Position numbers and translations under genes: made by a program. DNA of 64,000 nucleotides from Spirochaetaceae bacterium (GTDB lineage: Bacteria > Spirochaetota > Spirochaetia > DSM-2461). The notes beneath the pieces were generated by a model. It was not told where the DNA came from, did no database searches, and saw only the letters and a program-made list of their open reading frames with translations. Shown here piece by piece: positions 61,511-64,000 of this stretch (position 1 is the first letter of the stretch; each line of letters opens with the position of its first letter). Location of the stretch: positions 2,272,001-2,336,000 of the forward strand of contig OZ245056.1 of assembly GCA_965224705.1 (NCBI GenBank), written 5' to 3'.

Positions 61511-62152
61511 ATGCCCTATCTAAGAAATCAAACGACCGGATCCCTGCAAACCAATTCGTTCCTGATAGGTGCCGAATCCGATGAAAATGCAATTCTCATT
61601 GATACTCCACCTGAAAGCTACGAAGAAGTGATGACCACTCTCAATGCTGATGGACGTTCTCTGGCGGCGATACTGATAACTCATTCTCATTTTGACCATG
61701 TCTGGGATGCGGCGAAGTTTTCTGCTGATCGGATTCCTCTCATAGCTATGAAGGATGCTGTGGAAGGTATTAAGAGACCGGATGCCATGGGTCTTTATCC
61801 CCCTGCGTCCAGCAGTCAACCTGAGGCCGAAGTCACTCAAATCATTCGCGGTGGAGATCGATTGAAATATGCCGGTCTGGAATTTGAAGTGTTTGAAGTC
61901 CCCGGTCATTGCAATGGTTCGGCTGCCTATTATGTTCAAAGTGAATCCCTGTGTTTCGTGGGGGATACCGTCTTCAGGGGATCTGTTGGAGTTACCCACT
62001 TTGCAGGGGGGGATTTTGAGCTTCTGACAAGGTCCATCCGACAGCATATCTACACTCTGCCCGACAATACAATGATCCTTCCGGGGCATGGACCGAACAC
62101 CGAAGTCGGCATCGAAAAACGAAGTAATCCCTACATACGGGAAGTTGATTGA
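61511..62152 (+). CDS. MBL-fold metallo-hydrolase (glyoxalase II/YcbL-like)
   Basis: THSHFDH, PGH, GD and PGHG motifs. Confidence 0.9.
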   Translation: MPYLRNQTTGSLQTNSFLIGAESDENAILIDTPPESYEEVMTTLNADGRSLAAILITHSHFDHVWDAAKFSADRIPLIAMKDAVEGIKRPDAMGLYPPASSSQPEAEVTQIIRGGDRLKYAGLEFEVFEVPGHCNGSAAYYVQSESLCFVGDTVFRGSVGVTHFAGGDFELLTRSIRQHIYTLPDNTMILPGHGPNTEVGIEKRSNPYIREVD

Positions 62153-62218
62153 CATTCCTCCTCTATTGACCTTCCGCTTCTGATTTCTATAGTTTGTAGG
62201 ATATGTCAAGGAGTTATC

Positions 62219-63136
62219 ATGCCTATTAAAATACAGGACGGTTTGCCTGCGATCAAAGTACTCAGAGATGAGAATATTTTCGTCATATCTGAAAGCCGGG
62301 CTGTCCATCAGGATATCAGACCCCTGAAAATACTCATTTTGAATCTAATGCCCCTGAAAATCGTCACTGAAAATCAACTTCTTCGTATGCTTTCAAACAC
62401 TCCTCTTCAGTGTGAGGTGGAATTGATTCATCCGGTCTCACATGAGTCAAAGAATACACCTCGAGAACATCTTGAAGTGTTTTATAAAACATTCGACAGC
62501 ATCAGAGATAGTAAATATGATGGTTTCATCATCACCGGTGCTCCAGTGGAGACTCTGGAATTTGAAGATGTGAATTACTGGGCTGAAATGGTGAGGATCA
62601 TGGATTGGGCAAAAAAGCATGTGTATTCAACATTGTACATATGCTGGGCAGCACAGGCAGGACTCTACCACTATTATGGGGTTCCCAAGTTTCCTGTATC
62701 AAAAAAGATATCCGGTGTTTTTTCTCATTATGTCAGCAACAGACACCTGCCTCTGGTGCGGGGATTTGATGATTTGTTTCATGCTCCCCATTCCCGTCAT
62801 ACCGAGATCAGACGCAGGGATATTCAGGATAAGGATGATCTTCTAATTCTTGCAGAATCGGAGGAAGCCGGGATTTTCATGATCAGCAGCAAAGATGGCC
62901 GCCAGATATTCGTGACCGGTCATGCGGAGTATGATCCGCTGACTTTGAGGGATGAGTATCAGCGTGACCTCAAGAACGGAGATAATCCCCCCGTCCCCAG
63001 GAATTACTTCCCCGGAGACGACCCTTCCAGGCCGCCTGTAATAAGATGGAGAAGTCACGCACATTTGCTTTTTTCAAACTGGCTCAACTACTATGTCTAC
63101 CAGGCCACTCCCTACGATCTGGATGCTATTCATTAA
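62219..63136 (+). CDS. metA: Homoserine O-acyltransferase MetA, probably acetyl-CoA specific
   Basis: QDIRPL, LNLMP, GAPVE (E111), ICWAAQA (C142) and GHAEY motifs. Confidence 0.95.
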   Translation: MPIKIQDGLPAIKVLRDENIFVISESRAVHQDIRPLKILILNLMPLKIVTENQLLRMLSNTPLQCEVELIHPVSHESKNTPREHLEVFYKTFDSIRDSKYDGFIITGAPVETLEFEDVNYWAEMVRIMDWAKKHVYSTLYICWAAQAGLYHYYGVPKFPVSKKISGVFSHYVSNRHLPLVRGFDDLFHAPHSRHTEIRRRDIQDKDDLLILAESEEAGIFMISSKDGRQIFVTGHAEYDPLTLRDEYQRDLKNGDNPPVPRNYFPGDDPSRPPVIRWRSHAHLLFSNWLNYYVYQATPYDLDAIH

Positions 63137-63567
63137 TGGAGCCTGACCGTTCTTTTGGGGCTGTTGTGTTTCGTTCCCAGAATGATATGGAGGCCCACAA
63201 GCGGCTTTACCTGCTTGTTCATCAGGCAAGCGGAAACCACTGGGATCATCCAAAAGGTCATCCCGAACAGGATGAAACGCCTGTAGAAACAGCTGCAAGG
63301 GAGATCCTTGAGGAAACCGGGGTTTCAGTCCAATTCCTGGAAGGCTTTTTCGTTGAGGGAACCTGGGTGCTGCCTGATGGCCGTCCCAAGATTGCCGGGT
63401 ATTTCCTGGGTCAATCAATCGGTGAGAAATACTCTTTTCCCCAACTTGATGAAGAAATCATTGAGGTCAAATGGCTGCCATACAGGGATGCCCGGATGCT
63501 TATCACATATGATACCGGGAAAAAAATCCTTGATGATGCCGAGAAATTCATCTCCAGGGCATTTTAG
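63136..63567 (+). CDS. NUDIX hydrolase (Ap4A hydrolase-like)
   Basis: WDHPKGH...ETAAREILEETG Nudix box; TAATG coupling to metA. Confidence 0.85.
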   Translation: MEPDRSFGAVVFRSQNDMEAHKRLYLLVHQASGNHWDHPKGHPEQDETPVETAAREILEETGVSVQFLEGFFVEGTWVLPDGRPKIAGYFLGQSIGEKYSFPQLDEEIIEVKWLPYRDARMLITYDTGKKILDDAEKFISRAF

Positions 63568-64000
63568 CAAAGTACCTGGAAACATCTTCCCCTTCGATAA
63601 GTGTGTTATCCGTAACAGCGTTTTCAATAAGTTCCCGGGGAATTTCTTCAAGGAAAGGGGAAGGTTGACAGGGACTGCTTTCCTGTCTGATCTTTCTGGT
63701 TTGACACGATGACAGGTAGAGTTTGCTTCTTGCCCGGGTGATGGCAACATAGAACAAACGCCGTTCTTCCTCCAGCGCCCGGGCATCAACCTCCAGGCTC
63801 CTGGCATGGGGGAGAATTCCATTTTCCATCCCGGGGAGGAAGACCACATCGAATTCCAAGCCCTTGGAAGCATGGATGGTCATGAGATTGACTTTGCCAG
63901 CATCATCATTTTCAAATTGTTCCCTTGCGTTCAGAGTGATGAGATTCAACCACCGTGTCAGTGTTGGTTCAAGATTGTCGGGGTGGCTTTCCCACTGTTC
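63548..64000 (-). CDS. UvrD/Rep/PcrA-family helicase, C-terminal part (5' end beyond the window)
   Basis: LMTIHASKGLEF and EEERRLFYVAITRA motifs. Confidence 0.9.
   Translation of the reverse strand, partial: EQWESHPDNLEPTLTRWLNLITLNAREQFENDDAGKVNLMTIHASKGLEFDVVFLPGMENGILPHARSLEVDARALEEERRLFYVAITRARSKLYLSSCQTRKIRQESSPCQPSPFLEEIPRELIENAVTDNTLIEGEDVSRYFAKMPWR

Noticed and set aside
61520..62308. 262-aa minus-strand ORF and the many other antisense or alternate-frame ORFs inside conserved genes
   Set aside because: They overlap well-supported genes, lack recognisable motifs or an RBS, and are expected by chance.

Overview
64 kb of core chromosome from a spirochaete (Spirochaetia, probably a free-living Spirochaetaceae-like lineage). 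The assignment rests on spirochaete-type EF-Tu, RpoB, RpoA and PRPP synthetase, Asn at the RpoB S531-equivalent site, and the absence of fusA, adk/map/infA and rpsD from the ribosomal superoperon. Left: a GT4 (MggS-like) gene divergent from a glucosylglycerate-phosphorylase-like gene, then a pyrF-pyrE fusion and mscS; a BMP-family nucleoside ABC transporter; prs; an FGGY kinase. Centre (13.1-41.0 kb): tRNA-Thr-rpmG-tRNA-Trp-secE-nusG-rplKAJL-rpoBC-rpsLG-tuf-S10-spc-alpha clusters. Right: CHASE2 adenylate cyclase-VIT1-pabB-pabC, flgFGJ, an RpoS-like sigma, tsaD, apt, tRNA-Gln/Glu, proAB, an orphan RND pump, a NifA-like activator with glutamine synthetase III, an MBL hydrolase, metA, a NUDIX hydrolase and a partial UvrD/Rep helicase. 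Most notable: (1) ribosomal protein L5 carries a ~100-aa histone-H1-like N-terminal tail of 14 hexapeptide repeats; (2) the RpoS-like sigma, which lacks most of region 3, sits behind a near-consensus sigma54 promoter positioned to give a leaderless mRNA, suggesting a Borrelia-like RpoN-to-RpoS cascade; (3) a tandem pair of 161-bp IS5-like MITEs inserted at the rpoC stop codon; (4) tuf has its own promoter and a ~360-nt highly structured leader where fusA normally lies; (5) a readable sigma54 enhancer and promoter upstream of GSIII. No CRISPR array, prophage or defence system was seen. All calls come from manual reading; no database searches or folding programs were run.
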